DNA from: Chiloscyllium plagiosum
Lineage: Eukaryota
Assembly: GCF_004010195.1 (NCBI RefSeq)
Contig: NC_057753.1
Location: forward strand, 10,123,358 to 10,187,357
Reading direction: 5' to 3'
Length of the DNA stretch: 64,000 nucleotides
Of this stretch, positions 48,953 through 64,000 are shown piece after piece; position 1 is the stretch's first letter, and every line of letters starts with the position of its first letter. Made by a program: the position numbers and the translations under genes. The notes under the pieces were generated by a model, which saw nothing but the letters and a program-made list of their open reading frames with translations, was not told the origin of the DNA and searched no databases.

Positions 48953-49944
48953 AAAGGTGCCTGTTTCTACCACTTGCATTGGCAGTGCGTTCCAGGCACC
49001 CAACACCCCCTGTGTGAAAACCCTTCCCCTCCACGTCTCCCCTAGGCTCACCCCCTCTGGCCTTGAATCTGTGACCTCTTGTAGCCTCTGACTATCGTAG
49101 AACCCCAATAATGCATAAACAGGCCATTCGGCCTAACAAGTCAACACCAACCCTCTGAAGAGTAACACACACAGACCCATTCCCCTACCCCATTACTCTA
49201 CATTTACCCCTGACTAATGCACATAACTTACACATTCCTGAACACAATGGGTTAATTTAGCATGGCCAATCCACCCTAACCTGCACATCTTTGTGACTGT
49301 GGGAGGTAACCAGAGCACCCGGAGGAAACCCAGACACTGGGTGGAAATATATGCAAACTCCATACAGACAGTTGCCTTGAGGCTGGAATCGAATCCAGGT
49401 CCCTGGCGCTGTGAGGCAGTGATGCTAACCACTGGGCCACCATGCTGCCCCTATCCAGCCAATCTGTGTCTCTCATCAGTTTGTCAAGGTCGCCCTCAGC
49501 TTCTGTCTTTTTAGTGAAAACAATCCAAATTTATCCCACCTCTCCTCATTATGAGAGCCCTCCTGACCAGGCAATGTCCTGGTGAATCTTCTCAGCACAT
49601 TCTCCCAGAGCATCCACATGCTTCCAGTAGTGTGGCGACTGGAACTGCACACAATATTCTGAATGTGGCTGGAAAAAATAGCAATACCATAACATGCCAA
49701 CGTTTACAGCACGCTTGCCTTCATTGAGTGTGTGCCTTCTTGATCACCGTACCTGCCTGCGTTGCTACTGTCAGGGTTCTGTATGTCCAGATCCCTCAGT
49801 ATGCCAGTCTTCTAAGAGTTCTGCCATTTATCATATAATTTTTGCATTTCCTCCTCTTCTTTTTGCCCTCGTGTCTGTATCCAGCTTCCCCTTAATTGTA
49901 TTTCCCTCTTTATATTTATTTCCTCCTCCTCAGCCCTCCATGCA

Positions 49945-50648
49945 TCAGAACATGGGAGCTGAAATTAGGCCGTTCAGCCCATTGAGTCTGGTCCACCATT
50001 CAATCATGGCTGATAACGCTTTTCAAACCCATCGTACACTTAATCCTTGATTCTCTTGATACTCAAAAAACCTACCTGTCTCTGTCTTAAATATACTGAA
50101 TGACCTGGCCTCCCTAGCCTTCTGTGGCAGTGAATTCCATAGATTCACCACTCTCTGGCTGAAGAAGTTTCTCCTTACCAAAAGGTCTTCCCTTTATTCT
50201 AAGGCTGTGCCCCTTGGCCCTCGTCTCTCCTACCAATGGAAATATCTTCCCACCATCCACTCTGTCCAGGCCGTTCAGTATACTGTAGATTTCAATTAGA
50301 TACCCCCTCATCCTTCTAAACTCCAAGTATAGACCCACAGTCCTCAAACATTCCTCGTATGTGAAGCTTTTCATTCCTGGGACCATTCTCATAATCCTCT
50401 GAACATGCTTCAGGACCAGTAAATCCTTCCTGAAGTATGGGGCCCAAAACCGTGCACAAAACTCCAAATGTGGCCTGACCAGAGCCTCAGAAGTACATCC
50501 CTGCTCAAAGTACATCCATCCTCTCAAAATAGATGCCATTGTTGCATTTGCCTTCCTAACTACTGACTCAGCCTGTAGGTTTACCTTGAGAGAATCCTGG
50601 ACTAGAACTCCCAAGTCACTTTGCATTTCGATTTTCTGAATTTTCTCC
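49945..50648 (-). mobile_element. CR1 RT C-terminal and 3' fragment
   Basis: DLGVLVQDSLKV...ALVRPHLEFCARFWAPY. Confidence 0.85.
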
Positions 50649-51578
50649 TGATAATTCTTCTGTTCCAAGAGTGACTGCCTGGTGTCAGGGCAGCACCAGA
50701 GATTTCCCAACCCATGGATTGTATTAGGGGATACCAAGCGACGTCAGGAACTGCCAGTATCGTAAGAGGAATAGTTATTCCTGGAGGAGTCAGAATGGAA
50801 TGTGGTGTGATCCTGTAAACTCCAGAACTTTCCTAACTTCATGGGTCAGCAATAACTCTTTCTGGATCAAGAAAGGAAAGGGCCAACGAGAAACTGCGAC
50901 AAGGCAGTCAAAAAAACACCGCGCTAGTTAACCATTCCTGGGAAGGAGGTAAAACAAGCAGTTTCCTGGTACAGACAAGATAACGGTGTTTAATAATGGC
51001 GTGACAAAAGGACAATTAAGTCTGCCTGTAGAAGGAAGGCCCGTATGTAAAGGGATTAATTGCAGGACAAGCTCTTTCAAACAGGCAGCTAACCCTCAAG
51101 GATAAGAAGGTAAGCTATAGACCCTCCAGAAGTGTGGAGAGGTGGTGTTAGAATCCAAAGACACCTCACACCACAAATTTGAAAACAAGAAACCTCTACC
51201 AGAATTTAACTCCAGAACGATGCAGCAGTACTTTGAAGAACAACACTGCATCGAACTCTAGTCACTTCCAGAGACAGGTACTGTCAGCAGAAACAGAGCT
51301 AAATCCCACCATCAATCGGGTGATAGCTAAGGTGGGGATAGGGGGTGAGGCTGAACTTGCTTACTTGAGAGGTTTTAGTTTTGGTTGCTACGTGCAATAA
51401 CATGTAAATGATTGTTTCAGCAGTTGATTCTCTGTCCTGTTTCTGAGACAGTAGTCAAATTAAGGTGATTCACCAGAGCGAGAGGCTGGGATTAATATTG
51501 ACTCCATTGCATTCAGCAGAACGTCGTCAATACTGTTATAAAGTGAAGGCTGAACCCCTCTCTTCCCCCACCCTAAGA
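50649..51578 (+). mobile_element. Possible solo LTR
   Basis: Single-copy sequence starting with TG exactly where the CR1 breaks; flanks TCTCC/TCTCA resemble a TSD; 3' end is not a clean CA. Confidence 0.3.
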
Positions 51579-51607
51579 TCTCAAACCGAAACACTCAAAG
51601 AGGAATG

Positions 51608-52698
51608 TGTCACCCTATAATCTGTAAAATTAGTGTGAAAAGTGGTGTACCTGCACTGGTGATAGAAATAAACATAAACATAAAACACTGATTTGAAAAA
51701 GCAATTTATTTATCCAAGTGTAACGGTGGAAAACTGAATTGAATGATCATTAAATCGAATAAATCCCTCCTAACCACTGACTATTCTGGAATAAAACAAG
51801 ATACTTGTAGTATGCCCTAATAAATGAGTCCCACCCACTGAAAAAAAATAGAAATTAGTCTCATGGAATTCAGCCAGGTTATATGTCTTCTGGAATATTC
51901 TGTACCACCTGTTGAATATTTTGTCAAAAATGCCATTGTTTTTTTTTAAAATGATGCTTTCTCTTTTCAAAGGTGACTGAGAGAGCCAATTTCTCTTTCT
52001 CAAGTTGAGGACTCAATTCTCGCAATGGGAAGTTAGCTCTGTCCAACTGCTCCCTTTTATACCCTTGATGACCTATCATTTTCTTTAACAATCGGATTGG
52101 TCCTCCATTGTCAAAACCATCAGATTTAAATTTGGTAGGCAAAGGTTTAAATTGATTGACTAAATTGAAAACTTGTCTTGGCTTGCTAATTGTACGGCCT
52201 TTTGATACAAATGTTTCCGTTCAGGTACTTTCTGTTGTTAACTGATACTGGCTAAGGCAACAATCACGGGAAAGGATTTGAGATTTTCTTTCAAACACTT
52301 GTACAATGAAAGTGCAGTTCTCCCATATTTTCCCCTGTTTTAGTTTGGGTTTTAGCAAGCAGTCTGCGTAAAGCTGCTGGGGGAAGAAAGGTTCCCCGAT
52401 TCAACAGACGTTTCTGGCAGACTCTCTCTAATATCTCTCCTGTAAGAACTTCTGTTTGAACTGACCGTTTTTTTGCCAAATGGGTGTGTTTATGGGAATG
52501 TTGCAAGAAATTGGGTTTTTGTATGGCTGCTATTTTAAATTTTTTTTGCTTGTGTTTCATTCGACCGTTTTCCTGGAAGTCAAGTGGTTTGACCAGTTGC
52601 ATTGTCCCTGGGATACCTCTACCTAAAACAACTAATGAAGTTAGGGTCTGGGCTACCGCCTTAGAATGTTTTGAGGGGGTCTGGCCTGTTCCATAACA
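51608..52698. mobile_element. Possible solo LTR-like element
   Basis: TGTCAC...CATAACA ends; minus-strand TATAAAA (~52058) and AATAAA-like signal (~51706); no TSD found. Confidence 0.35.
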
Positions 52699-54519
52699 CT
52701 ATACGCCTACAAATTATGCCTCCAGGAAGGTTCAGAAAAGATTCACAAGGACGTTGCCAGGATTGGAGGGTTTGAACTTGCGGCAGAGGCTGAATGAATT
52801 GCAGGTATTCTCACTGGAGTGTCAGAGGCTGAGGGGTGACCCTATTGAGGTTTACAAAATTATGCAAGGGGCACGGATAGATTATATAATCAAAATCTTT
52901 TCCCCCGGTGGAGGAATCCAAAACCAGAGGTTTCTACTGAGAGGGGAAAAAATTAAAAGGGTGTCTTGTTTTAAAGTCTCCACCACTTCCTCTGGCAGTT
53001 CATTCCATACATGCACCACCCTCTGGGTGAAAAAGTTGCCCCTTAGAGGTCCTTTTTAAACTTTGCTCCCTCTAAACCTATGCCCTCTAGGTCTAGACTC
53101 CCCTGCCTTAGGGAAAGTCCTTGTCTACTTACCCTATGGACTTTATAAACCTATATAAGGTCACCCCTCCGTCTCTGACACTCCAGGTAGAATAGCCTCA
53201 ATCCATTACAGCCCCTCCAAATAGCTCAAACCCTCCAATCCTGGCAGCATCCTTGTAAATCTTTTCGGAGCCCTTTCAAATTTCACAACTTGTTACAAAC
53301 ACGTCAACTTTGCTTGTCTGAGGTGGAAGAATTTTCTGCTTGAAGCATTCTGTCCGGAAGAGCCCTCCCCTATGCTGTGACAGAGCCATGGTGACTCTCA
53401 AAATCCTGACAAACTCTGTTACCAGTCAAAGATTAATTCTTTGGGGGGGGGGGCATTCATTTTAAGATCAAGTGAACTTAAGAGGCACCGCCTTGGCTTA
53501 GAAATGAGAGATCCTTGACACACACAGCTGAAGTCATCACTGTGCCATTAGCAGCAAATTAAGGCTGGATAGCCTGGGATGTTTTTCTGCTGGAGCAGAG
53601 GAGGTTGAGAGGTGATACTTATAAAACCACGAGTGGCATAGATGGGGTTAATGATAGTTGTCTCTTCCCTAGCATGGAGTATTTCAACACCGGGGGGGCG
53701 TGTGGAATGAACCTTCAGAGGAAATGGTGGACGCGGGTACAATTACAACATTTAAAAAGCATTTGGACAAATATGCAAATAGGAAAGGTTTAGAAGAATA
53801 CGGGCCAAGTGCAGGGAAATAGGGTTGGAGTTGACAAACATTTTGGTCAGCAAAGACCAATTTGGGCCCAAGGGCCTGTCGCTGTGGGCGTCTCACTAAA
53901 TCACACCAAATAAAAACCAATCTCATTCATCAGTGATTAGATTAGATTACTTACAGTGTGGAAACAGGCCCTTCGGCCCAACAAGTCCACACGGAACCGC
54001 CACACGAACCCACCCAGACCCAATCCCCTACAAAATCATTGCAGCCGGCTTAATACTGCGATGAGGAATACTGTACTTGTACCTGTGGCATTCATTTGTG
54101 GATATCATGTGCATTTTAAAATTAAAAACAGAAAAGTTATCCACACCTCCCCCTTCCCAATCTCAATCCTTCCTGGATTCACTCCAGTTGCTACAAGTGA
54201 ATAGATTAGATTAGATGACTTAGTGTGGAAACAGGCCCTTTGGCCCAAAAGTGCACACCGACCCTCAGAAAAGCAACCCACCGAGACCCATTCCCCTACA
54301 CTATGGGGCAATTTGACATGGCCAATTCACCTAACCTGCACATTTTTGGGCTGTGGGAGGAAACCAGAGCACCCAAAGGAAACCCACATAGACACGGGGA
54401 GAATGTGCAAACTCCACACAGACAGTCGCATGAGGCGGGAAAGGAACCCGGGTCTCTGACACTGTGAGGCAGCAGTGCTAACCACTGTGCCGCCCCATAT
54501 CTGGTGTATTGTGTTGGTT

Positions 54520-54701
54520 GGAGGTGCTGGTGTTGAATCGGGGTGGGACAAGGTCAGAAGTCACACGACACCAGGTTAGAGTCCAACAGCTTTCGGAGTG
54601 CTGCTCCTTCGTCAGATGAAGTGATGAAGGAGCAATGCTCCTCAAGTTTGGGATTTCAAATACACCTGTTGGACTGTCACCTGGTGTCATGTAACTTCTG
54701 A
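54520..54701. mobile_element. Palindromic PLE-derived element with two divergent hammerhead remnants (paralog at 60570-60788)
   Basis: TCAGAAGTCACACGACACCAGGTTAGAGTCCAACAG and its inverse flank CTGACGA-A-GGAGCAGCACTCC-GAAAGCT (-) and GTGATGA-A-GGAGCAATGCTCC (+). Confidence 0.75.
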
Positions 54702-56149
54702 TTTCAATTCTGGGTTCATGTTGAACTTGTCCAACTCTGCTTTTAAACGGTATTGCTTGGAGGGATTCATTTGAAACCTTTCAGGATGTTATTGCAACAA
54801 GATTGAACTATTCAAAGTTACTTGGACTTAGGTAAGGGGTAAATGTAGGGGTATGGGTGGGTTACGCTTCGGCGGGTCGGTGTGGACATGTTGGGCCGAA
54901 GGGCCTGTTTCCACATGTAATGTAAGCTAAAAAAAAAAATCTAATCTAATAATCTAGTCCCATTTGCCAGCATGTGGCCCATATCTCTCTAAAACCTTCC
55001 TATTCATGTCCACCTCCAGATGCCTTTTAAACGTAATTGCACCAGCCTCCACCACTTCCTCTGGCAACTCATTCCATGCACACACCACCCTCCGTGTGAA
55101 AACAATACCCATTAGGTTCCTTTTAAATCTTGCCCCCCTCACCCTAAACCTATGCCTTCAAATTCTGGTCTCCCCCAGAGGGAGAAGACCGTGTCCATTT
55201 ACCCTAACTATGCCCCTCACGATTTTATAAGCCTCAGACAGTCCAGGGAAAACTGCCCCAACTTATTCAGCCTCTCCATGAGGTCAAACCCTCCAAACCC
55301 CAGTGGATAGCACTGCTGCCTCAGCTCCAGGGACCCAGGTTCGATTCCAGCCTTGGACGACTATATGTGGAGTTTGTACAAACTCCCCATGTTTGCGTGG
55401 GTTTCCTTTGGGTGCTCCAGTTTGGCCATGCTAAATTGCCCATAGTATATTAGTTAGGGGTAAATATAGGGTCTGGATGGATATTGTTCGGAGGGTTGGC
55501 GTAAACTTGCTGGGCTGAAGGGCTATTTCCATACTTTAAGGATTCTAATTCTAACATCCTTGTAAATCTTCTTCAGTCCTGAAGAAGTGTTAATACCTGA
55601 AACGCTGACTTCTCCACCTCCTGGTGCTGCCTGGTTTGCTGTGTTCTCCCAGCCTCCTGCTTGCTTACTTTGGATTCCAGCATCTGCAGTTTTTTTTTGT
55701 TTCTAATGAGTGGCCTACCTTCTGCTCTTACAGTTTTAGGTTTGTGCAGATCATTTCATTGGGAATGTGCAGTCATGGGCTCAATGAGCAGCAGCACCCA
55801 CTAGAAGCAAAGTTCAAAGAATCACAGAAACCCTAATGTGGAAACAGGCCCTTCAGCCCAACAAGTCCACATCGACCCTCCTAAGAGTAACCCACCCAGA
55901 CCAGTTTTCCTGACCTATTCTACATTTATCCCTGACTAATGCACCATACCTACATGTCTCTGAATACTACGGGACAATTTAGATGGGACAATCCACCCAA
56001 CCGACACGTCTTTGGATTGTCGGAGAAAACTGGAGTATCAGGAGGACACCCATGCAGCCACAATGAGAGAAGATGCAAACTCCACACAATCGCCCTGAGG
56101 ATGGAATTGAACTCGGGTCCCTGTCGCCGTGAGGTAGCAGTGCTAATCA

Positions 56150-57103
<954 letters not shown>

Positions 57104-57724
57104 GGCTGAACCTTCAGCTGCAGGCAAATAAGTGTACAGCCCCTCCCTGCCGTGAATTAGTCTTTCCAGGCCGTATAACTGTTTCTGCAACAGTAGGGTC
57201 TCTCATCCAGTCCCACTGATGCTGAAAACATACTGAAACAGGAACCAAAAAGCTTTGCTCCTTCTCACAGAATCATAGTTGAAAATCGTTGTGGTCCCGC
57301 TGGACTGAGTGTCAGACATCGATGTGAAAATGAGGACTGCAGAGTCAGAGTCAAAGTGCAGCACTGGAAAAGCACAGCAGGTCAGGCAGCATCCGAGGAG
57401 CAGGAGAGTTGATGTTTCGATCATAAGCCCTTCACACCTGTTGATTTTGAAAAATAAGTCTTCAGATCTTCAAACACTCTAAAGAGATTACAAAAGTCAT
57501 CACTGTCAGTAGAAATTCAGAACAAGCAATTCTACTTTGTGGGACATTTATTTCTTTTGTTAATCCACAAGATTGAAAGCACCATCCCACATACCCTCTC
57601 TGTTCTCACTCCGCTCGAACTAATTCTCCTGAAGGTACTGATTCAGGATCTTACAGGGATAGAAAAGTAAAATACGTCAAGACTGACATCTCTTTGAATT
57701 TTGGATAACTCCACCTGAAAGTTA

Positions 57725-58658
57725 AGACCATAAGAGAATAGGAGTGGAACTAAGGCCATTCGACCAATCGAGTCCTCTTGCCATTCAACCATGGCTGATG
57801 GGCATTTCCCCGTGCTCTCCCTGTATCCCTTAATTCCTTGTGAGATTAAGAATTTATTGATTTCTCCCTTGAAGACATTTAATATCCCAGCCTGCACTGC
57901 ACTCCCTGGCAATGAATTCCACAGGTCCACCACTCTCTGGCTGAAGAAATGTCTCCTCATTTCCATTTTAAATTGAGCCCCTCTAATTCTAAGGCTGTGC
58001 CCACTGGTCATCGTATCCCCACCTAACAGAAACAACTTTCCAGCATCCATCCTTTCCAAGCTATGCATTATCTTGTAAGTTTCTATCAGATCTCCCCTCA
58101 ACCTTCTAAACTTTAATAAATACAATCCTAGGATCCTCAGCCGTTCATTGTATGTTAGGCCTACCATCCGTGTGAATCTCCACTGGACATGCTCCAGTGC
58201 CAGTATGTCCTTCCTGAGGTATGGTCCAAATCTGGACACAGTATTCTAAATGGGGCCCAACCAGAGCTTTATAAAATCTCGGAAGCATGCCACTGCTTTT
58301 ACATTCCAACCCTCTTGAGATAAATGACAACATTATATTTGCTTTCTTAGCCATGGACTCAACCTGCAAGTCAACCTTTAGAGAATCATGTACTAGCTCT
58401 CAGAGATCCCTTTGCATTTTGGCTTTATGAATTTTCTCACCATTTAGAGAACAGTCCATGCCAGTGTTCTTTTTTCCAAAGTGCAAGACCTCGCATTTGC
58501 TCACATTGAATTTCATCAGCCATTTCTTGGACCACTCTCCTAAATGTCTAAATCTTTCTGTAGCCTCCCCACCTCCTCAGAACTACGTGTCTGTCCACCT
58601 AACTTCTTATCATCGGCAAACTTCACCAGAATGGCCCCAGTCCCTTCGTCCAGAATAT
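57725..58658 (-). mobile_element. CR1 LINE, 5'-truncated, inserted upstream of ZNF F
   Basis: LVKFADDKKLGG...ALVGPHLEYCV; splits a sequence that is contiguous in module E (32545-32570). Confidence 0.88.
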
Positions 58659-58950
58659 CCTTCATGACATTGGGATACTGCCGAGAGTCAGCAGGTCTGA
58701 TGTTGGGAAGCAAAAAAAGTGTGTAAATCCAGGATGAAGCTGCAATGCAGCTTCTTGCGAAACAACCAGTCACAAAATTGTTAACGTGCCTGGGAGTATA
58801 TCTGGTGATGGGAATGAAACCTCAAGACATTGTCACCAACAACCAGAGAGAAACTCATCATACAGAGGTGGGAAACATTAATGGCAAGCCAGAGTCATAA
58901 AAATATACAGCACAGAAAAAGACCCTATGGTCCAATTCGTCCATACTGAC

Positions 58951-59258
58951 CAGATTAGATTAGATTACATTACAGCGTGGAAACAGGCCCTTCGGCCCAA
59001 CAAGTCCACACTGACCCGCCGAAGTGCAACCCACCCATACCCCTACATTTACCCCTTAGCTAACACTATGGGCAATTTAGCATGGCCAATTCACCTGACC
59101 CGCACATCTTTGGACTGTGGGAGGAAACCGGAGCACCCGAAGGAAACCCACGCAGACACGGGGAGAACGTGCAAACTCCACTCCTGAGGGCGGGAATTGA
59201 ACCCAGGTCTCAGGCGCTGTGAGGCAGCAGTGCTAACCACTGTGCCACTGTGCCGCCC
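58951..59258 (-). mobile_element. HE1/V-SINE-like SINE (young) nested in a CR1 3' end
   Basis: Full SINE; absent from the paralogous CR1 at ~32855. Confidence 0.88.
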
Positions 59259-60100
59259 ACGATATTCTAACCTAATCTAGTCCCATTTGCAGCACTCGAC
59301 CCATATCCCTCTTAACCCTTCATATTCATATACCCAGCCTTTTAAATGTCATAATTGTATCAGCCTCCACCACTTCATCTGGCAACTCATTCCTTGCACA
59401 CACCACCCTATGCATGAAAATGTTGTCCTTTAGGTTCCTTTTTAATCATCTCCCCCCGACCCTAAACTATCACCCTCTAATTCTGGTCTACCTTATCCTA
59501 GCAAAAATACCTTGTCTATTTACCCTATCCATTCCATTTATGATTTTATAAATGCCTATAAGGTCAGCCCTCGGCCTCGGCATGCTAGGGAAAGCAGCCA
59601 CAGCCGATGTAGCTCAAACCCTGAAAACATCCTTTTAAATCTTTTCTGAACCCTTTCAGGTTTCACAACATCCTTCCGATTGAAGGGAACCCAGAAATGC
59701 ACACAATATTCCAAAAGTGGCCTAACCAATATCCTGTACAACATTACCTCCCAACTCCAACACTCAGAGGATTGGGAAAGTTTTCAAAACCCACAAAAGA
59801 CAACTGGGAAAAATGGAGGAACAAACCGATATGTTGAGGGTCAGAATGGAAGCATCAACACCTCGGGTTGGGGGGGTGGGGATGGGGGAAGGAAGCCGAA
59901 TCTTGGAGCCAATGGGGAGGAAGAAGAGGATGCAAAATCATTGCAGCCGGCTTAATACTGCGATGAGGAATATTGCATGTGCTGTGGCATTCATTTGTGG
60001 AAATCAGGTGCATTTTAAAATTAAAAACAGAAAAGTTATCCACACCTCCCCCTTCCCAATCTCAATCCTTCTTGGATTCACTCCAGTTGCTACAAGTGAA

Positions 60101-60421
60101 CAGATTAGATTAGATTACTTACCGTGTGGAAACAGGCCCTTTGGCCCAACAAGTCCACACCAACCCACAAAGAGCAACCCACCGAGACCCATTCTCCTAC
60201 ACTTACCCCTTCACCTAACACTACGGGCAATTTAGCATGGCCAATTCACCTAACCTGCACATTTTTGGACTGTGGGAGGAAACTGGAGCACCCGAAGGAA
60301 ACCCACGCAGACACGGGGAGAATGTGCAAACTCCACACAGATAGTTGCCTGACGTGGGAATTGAACCCAGGTCTCTGGCGCTGTGAGGCAGCAGTGCTAA
60401 CCACTGTGCCACCGTGCTGCC
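60101..60421 (-). mobile_element. HE1/V-SINE-like SINE (paralog of 54203-54497)
   Basis: Full SINE at the same junction in both duplication copies. Confidence 0.88.
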
Positions 60422-61550
60422 CGGCATGGACCAGTTTGGGCCGATGGGCCTGTCTCCGTGCTGTAGCACTCTGACTCGTGTCTCTTTGTCGCTCCAACAG
60501 TTTGAGTTTTCAGATGTGCATCTCACTTTACCACACTGAATAAAATCCAATCTCATTATTTCACTCTGATGTGGAAGTGCTGGTGTTGGATTGGGCTGGA
60601 CAAGGTCAGAAGTCAAATGGCACCAGGTTAGAGTCCAACAGGTTTCTTTGAACTCACGAGATTTCGGAGCACTGCTCCTTTGTCAGTGAAGTGACGAAGG
60701 AGCAGCATTGAAGGAGGAGCAATGCTTCTAAAGCTTGTGATTTCAAATAAACCTGTTGGTCTGTAAGCTGGTGTTGTGTGACTTCTGATGTCTTCAGCTG
60801 GGGTTTGCGTCAAACGTAATGGGATATTTTGTCCAACTCGGCATTTTTAAACAGTATCACTTGGAGGGATTCATTTGAAACCTTTCAAGAGGGGAGTTCA
60901 ACAAGACTGAACTATTCAAAGTTACTTGGACTCCATTTTAAAACTTACATCAGGACAGGTAGACATAGAGATGTACAGCACGGAAACACGGAAACAGACC
61001 CTTTGGTCCAACTCATCGATGCTGACAAGACATCCTAAATTAATTTGGTCCCATTTGTCAGTATCATCCTTCTAAACCTTCCTGTTCATGTCCGAAACCA
61101 GATGCCTTCTAAATGGTAGAGTTGTACCAGTCTCCACTTTCTCTGGGAGCTCATTCCATGCACGCACTACCCTCTGCGTGAAAACATTGCCCCTCTCACC
61201 CAGCCAAATAGCCTCTCCCTGCAGCTCAAACCCTCCAACCCCCGGCGACATCCTGGTAAATTGTTTCTGATACAGAAGTCAATGTTTCGGGAAGAATCCT
61301 TCTTCAGTCCTGAAGGAGAGTTAATACCTGAAACGCTAACTTCACCTCCTAATGCTACCTGGCTTGCTGCGTTCTCCCAGCCTCCTGCTTGCCTACTTTG
61401 GATTCCAGCAACCGCAATTTGTTTTGTTTCTAACAGACGCAATGGGTTGAATGGCCTAATGTCTGCTCCAGTTGTCTTGTGGTCTTAGATTTCTGTGGAT
61501 TGTTTCAGTGGGAACGTGCAGTCCCAGACTCCGAGTAGCATCGCCCACTG

Positions 61551-61880
61551 ATTAGATTAGATTAGATTAGATTACTTACAGTGTGGAAACAGGCCCTTCG
61601 GCCCAACAAGTCCACACCGCCCCGCCGAAGCGCAACCCACCCATACCCCTACCCCTACATTTACCCCTAACCTAACACTACGGGCAATTTAGCATGGCCA
61701 ATTCACCTGACCTGCACATCTTTTGGATTGTGGGAGGAAACCGGAGCACCCGGAGGAAACCTCAGCAGACACGGGGAGAACGTGCAAACTCCACACAGTC
61801 AGTCGCCTGAGGCGGGAATTGAACCCGGGTCTCTGGCGCTGTGAGGCAGCAGTGCTAACCACTGTGCCACCGTGCCGCCC
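61551..61880 (-). mobile_element. HE1/V-SINE-like SINE (very young)
   Basis: Near-consensus copy with (TCTAA)n tail; the paralogous site near 55800 is empty. Confidence 0.9.
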
Positions 61881-62016
61881 CTGGAAGCAAAGTTCATGGA
61901 ATCACAGAACCCCTACAGAATGTAAACAGGCCCTTTGGCCCAACAAGGCAACACCAACCCTCCATAGAGTTACCCACCCAGACCCATTCTCTTAACCCTA
62001 TTACTCTACATTTATT

Positions 62017-62226
62017 TGGAGAAAGTGAGGACTGCAGATGCTGGAGATCAGAGTCGAGAGTGCGGTGCTGGAAAAGCACAGCAGATCAGGCAGTTTCCGA
62101 GGAGCAGGAGAATCAATGTTTCAGGCATCATTCCTGATGAAGGACTTATGCCCAAAACGTCGATTCTCCTGCTCCTCAGATGCTGCCTGACCTGCTATGC
62201 TTTTCCAGCACCACACTCTCGACCAG
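62017..62226. mobile_element. Palindromic PLE-derived element inside a SINE
   Basis: Inverted arms; CTGATGAAGGACTTATGCCCAAAACGTC (mutated hammerhead, ~62134); TCTACATTTA on both flanks. Confidence 0.75.
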
Positions 62227-62599
62227 TCTACATTTACCCCTGACGACTGCACCACACCTACACATCCCTGAACACTATGGACAATTTAGCTAGGCTAACT
62301 CACCATAACATGTACATCTTTGTATTGTGGGAGCAAACTGGAACACCCGGAGGAAACCCACACAGACACGGCAGGAGAACATGCAAACTCCACACAGACA
62401 GTCACCCCAAGAGTAGAATCAAACCCGGGTCCATGGCTCTATGAGGCAGCTGTGCTAACCACTGAGCCACCATGCCGCCCCGAGCTACTGTGGGGTTGCA
62501 CTTGGGGGTGCGAGGCGGTGTGCAGTCCAGAAAACTTTTTAAAAAGCCCACCAACTTTCCCACTGCACCCATTGTCAGAGTGGGGCAGAAGGTTTGGTC

Positions 62600-63580
62600 C
62601 ACAGTAGCGTCACTGGCAGAATCCGATTGTTGGGAGCACTGGTGCCCCCGCTGGGGTCTTCGCAAGTTGCTGGAAAATGTGAAGCTTTTGTTGCTTTCAG
62701 GGCAGTAGAACGGCCACTCCCCAGTGTGGACCTGCCGGCGGGTCAGTAGGTAGGAGGAGCAGTTAAAGCGTTTCTCGCACTCTGGGCAGGAGAACGGCTT
62801 CTCCCTAGTGTGGACCCACTGGTGCCTCAGCACGTGGGAGGAATTGCTGAAGGCCTTCCCGCACTCGGGACAGCTGAAGGGCCTCTCCCCCGTGTGGACC
62901 CACTGATGGGCCACGAGGTTGGAGGAGACCGCAAAGCCCTTTCTGCACACTGAGCAGGAGAATGGCTTCTCCCCGGTGTGGACCCGCCGGTGGGTCAGCA
63001 GTTGGGAGGGCTGGGTAAAGCCCTTCCCACACTCAGGGCAGGCAAACGGCCTCTCCCCAGTGTAGACCCACTGGTGTGTCAGCAGGGAGGAGGAACTGCT
63101 GAAGCCCTTCCCACATTCAGGGCAGGGGAACGGCTTCTTGCCTGTGTGGACCCACAGGTGCCTCAGCAGGGCAGAGGAATCGCTTCCCATACTCGGGCCA
63201 ACTGAATGGCCTCTCCCCGGTGTGGACCCGCTGGTGCTTCAGCGGGTCGGAGGATTTGCTGAAGGCCTTCCCACAATCAGAGCAGGGGAAGGGCCTCTCC
63301 CCGGTGTGGACACGCTGGTGCGCCAGCAAGTGGGAGGAGTGGGTGAAGCTGTTCCCGCACTCGGGGCAGGTGAATGATCTCTCCCCAGTGTGGACCCGCA
63401 GTGGTCCAGTAGGTGGGAAGAGCGGATAAAGCCTTTCCCACACTCTGGGCAGGAGAACAGCCTCTCCCTGGTGTGACTGCGCTGATGAATTTCCATGGTA
63501 GACGGGACAATGAAGCCTTTCCTGCAGTCGCAACACTTCCACGGTTTCTCCATGGGGCGAGATTCCTCTGGTTTCTCCAT
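62600..63580 (-). pseudogene. C2H2 zinc-finger gene G, about 11 fingers, frameshifted
   Basis: [23 protein letters not shown]; frame changes near 63400 and 63185; the distal ~6 fingers are open (ORF 62402-63190). Confidence 0.82.
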
Positions 63581-64000
63581 GGCCAAAGCTTCAGCTGTTC
63601 ACAAATGCATGTACAGCCCCTCCCTGCCGTGAATTCCTCTTTCCAGGCCGTATAATTGTTACAGGCTCCACACTCAATGCGCTGCCACAGTAGCGTCTCT
63701 CATCCAGCTCCACTGATGCTGAAAATGTACCAAAGAATTTTGCTCCTTCTCACAGAATCGTAGTCAAAAATCGTTACAGTCCCAATGGATTGATTGACTG
63801 TCTGTCATTGACATGAAAATGAGGACTGCAGACGCTGGAGTGTCAGTCAAAATGTGTGGTGCTGGAAATACACAGCAGGTCAGGCAGCATCCAAGGAGCA
63901 GGAGAGTTGCTGTTTCGGGCATAAGCCCTTCATCTGTTGATTTTGAAACTTGAGTCTACAGATCTTCAAATGCACTGGAAAAAAAGATTATGAAAGTCAT

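Noticed and set aside
61810..61880. tRNA genes at A/B-box sequences
   Set aside because: They are tRNA-derived SINE heads continuous with V-domain and LINE-like tails; no complete cloverleaf seen.

Overview
Vertebrate DNA, most likely from a shark (elasmobranch). This is inferred from HE1/V-SINE-type and Deu-domain SINEs, abundant CR1-type LINEs and the [14 protein letters not shown] zinc-finger start. The window is part of a tandem and inverted cluster of C2H2 zinc-finger genes with no visible KRAB domain. It holds one intact 8-finger ORF (27004-27693, +), six disrupted copies or fragments, a further module cut by a young CR1 LINE at the left edge, and three CpG-rich promoters. The rest is mostly mobile DNA and segmental duplication. 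The most striking unannotated signal is a dense set of minimal hammerhead-ribozyme motifs (CUGAnGA-A-stem II-GAAA-palindromic stem III-UH) with covarying stem II, carried by Penelope-like elements (PLEs). These include ~200-bp palindromic insertions with 14-16 bp target-site duplications (TSDs). One core-clipped copy became fixed in the leader of the zinc-finger exon and was amplified with the gene family; an apparent empty-site paralog lies at 46686. All calls are by eye and repeat boundaries are approximate.
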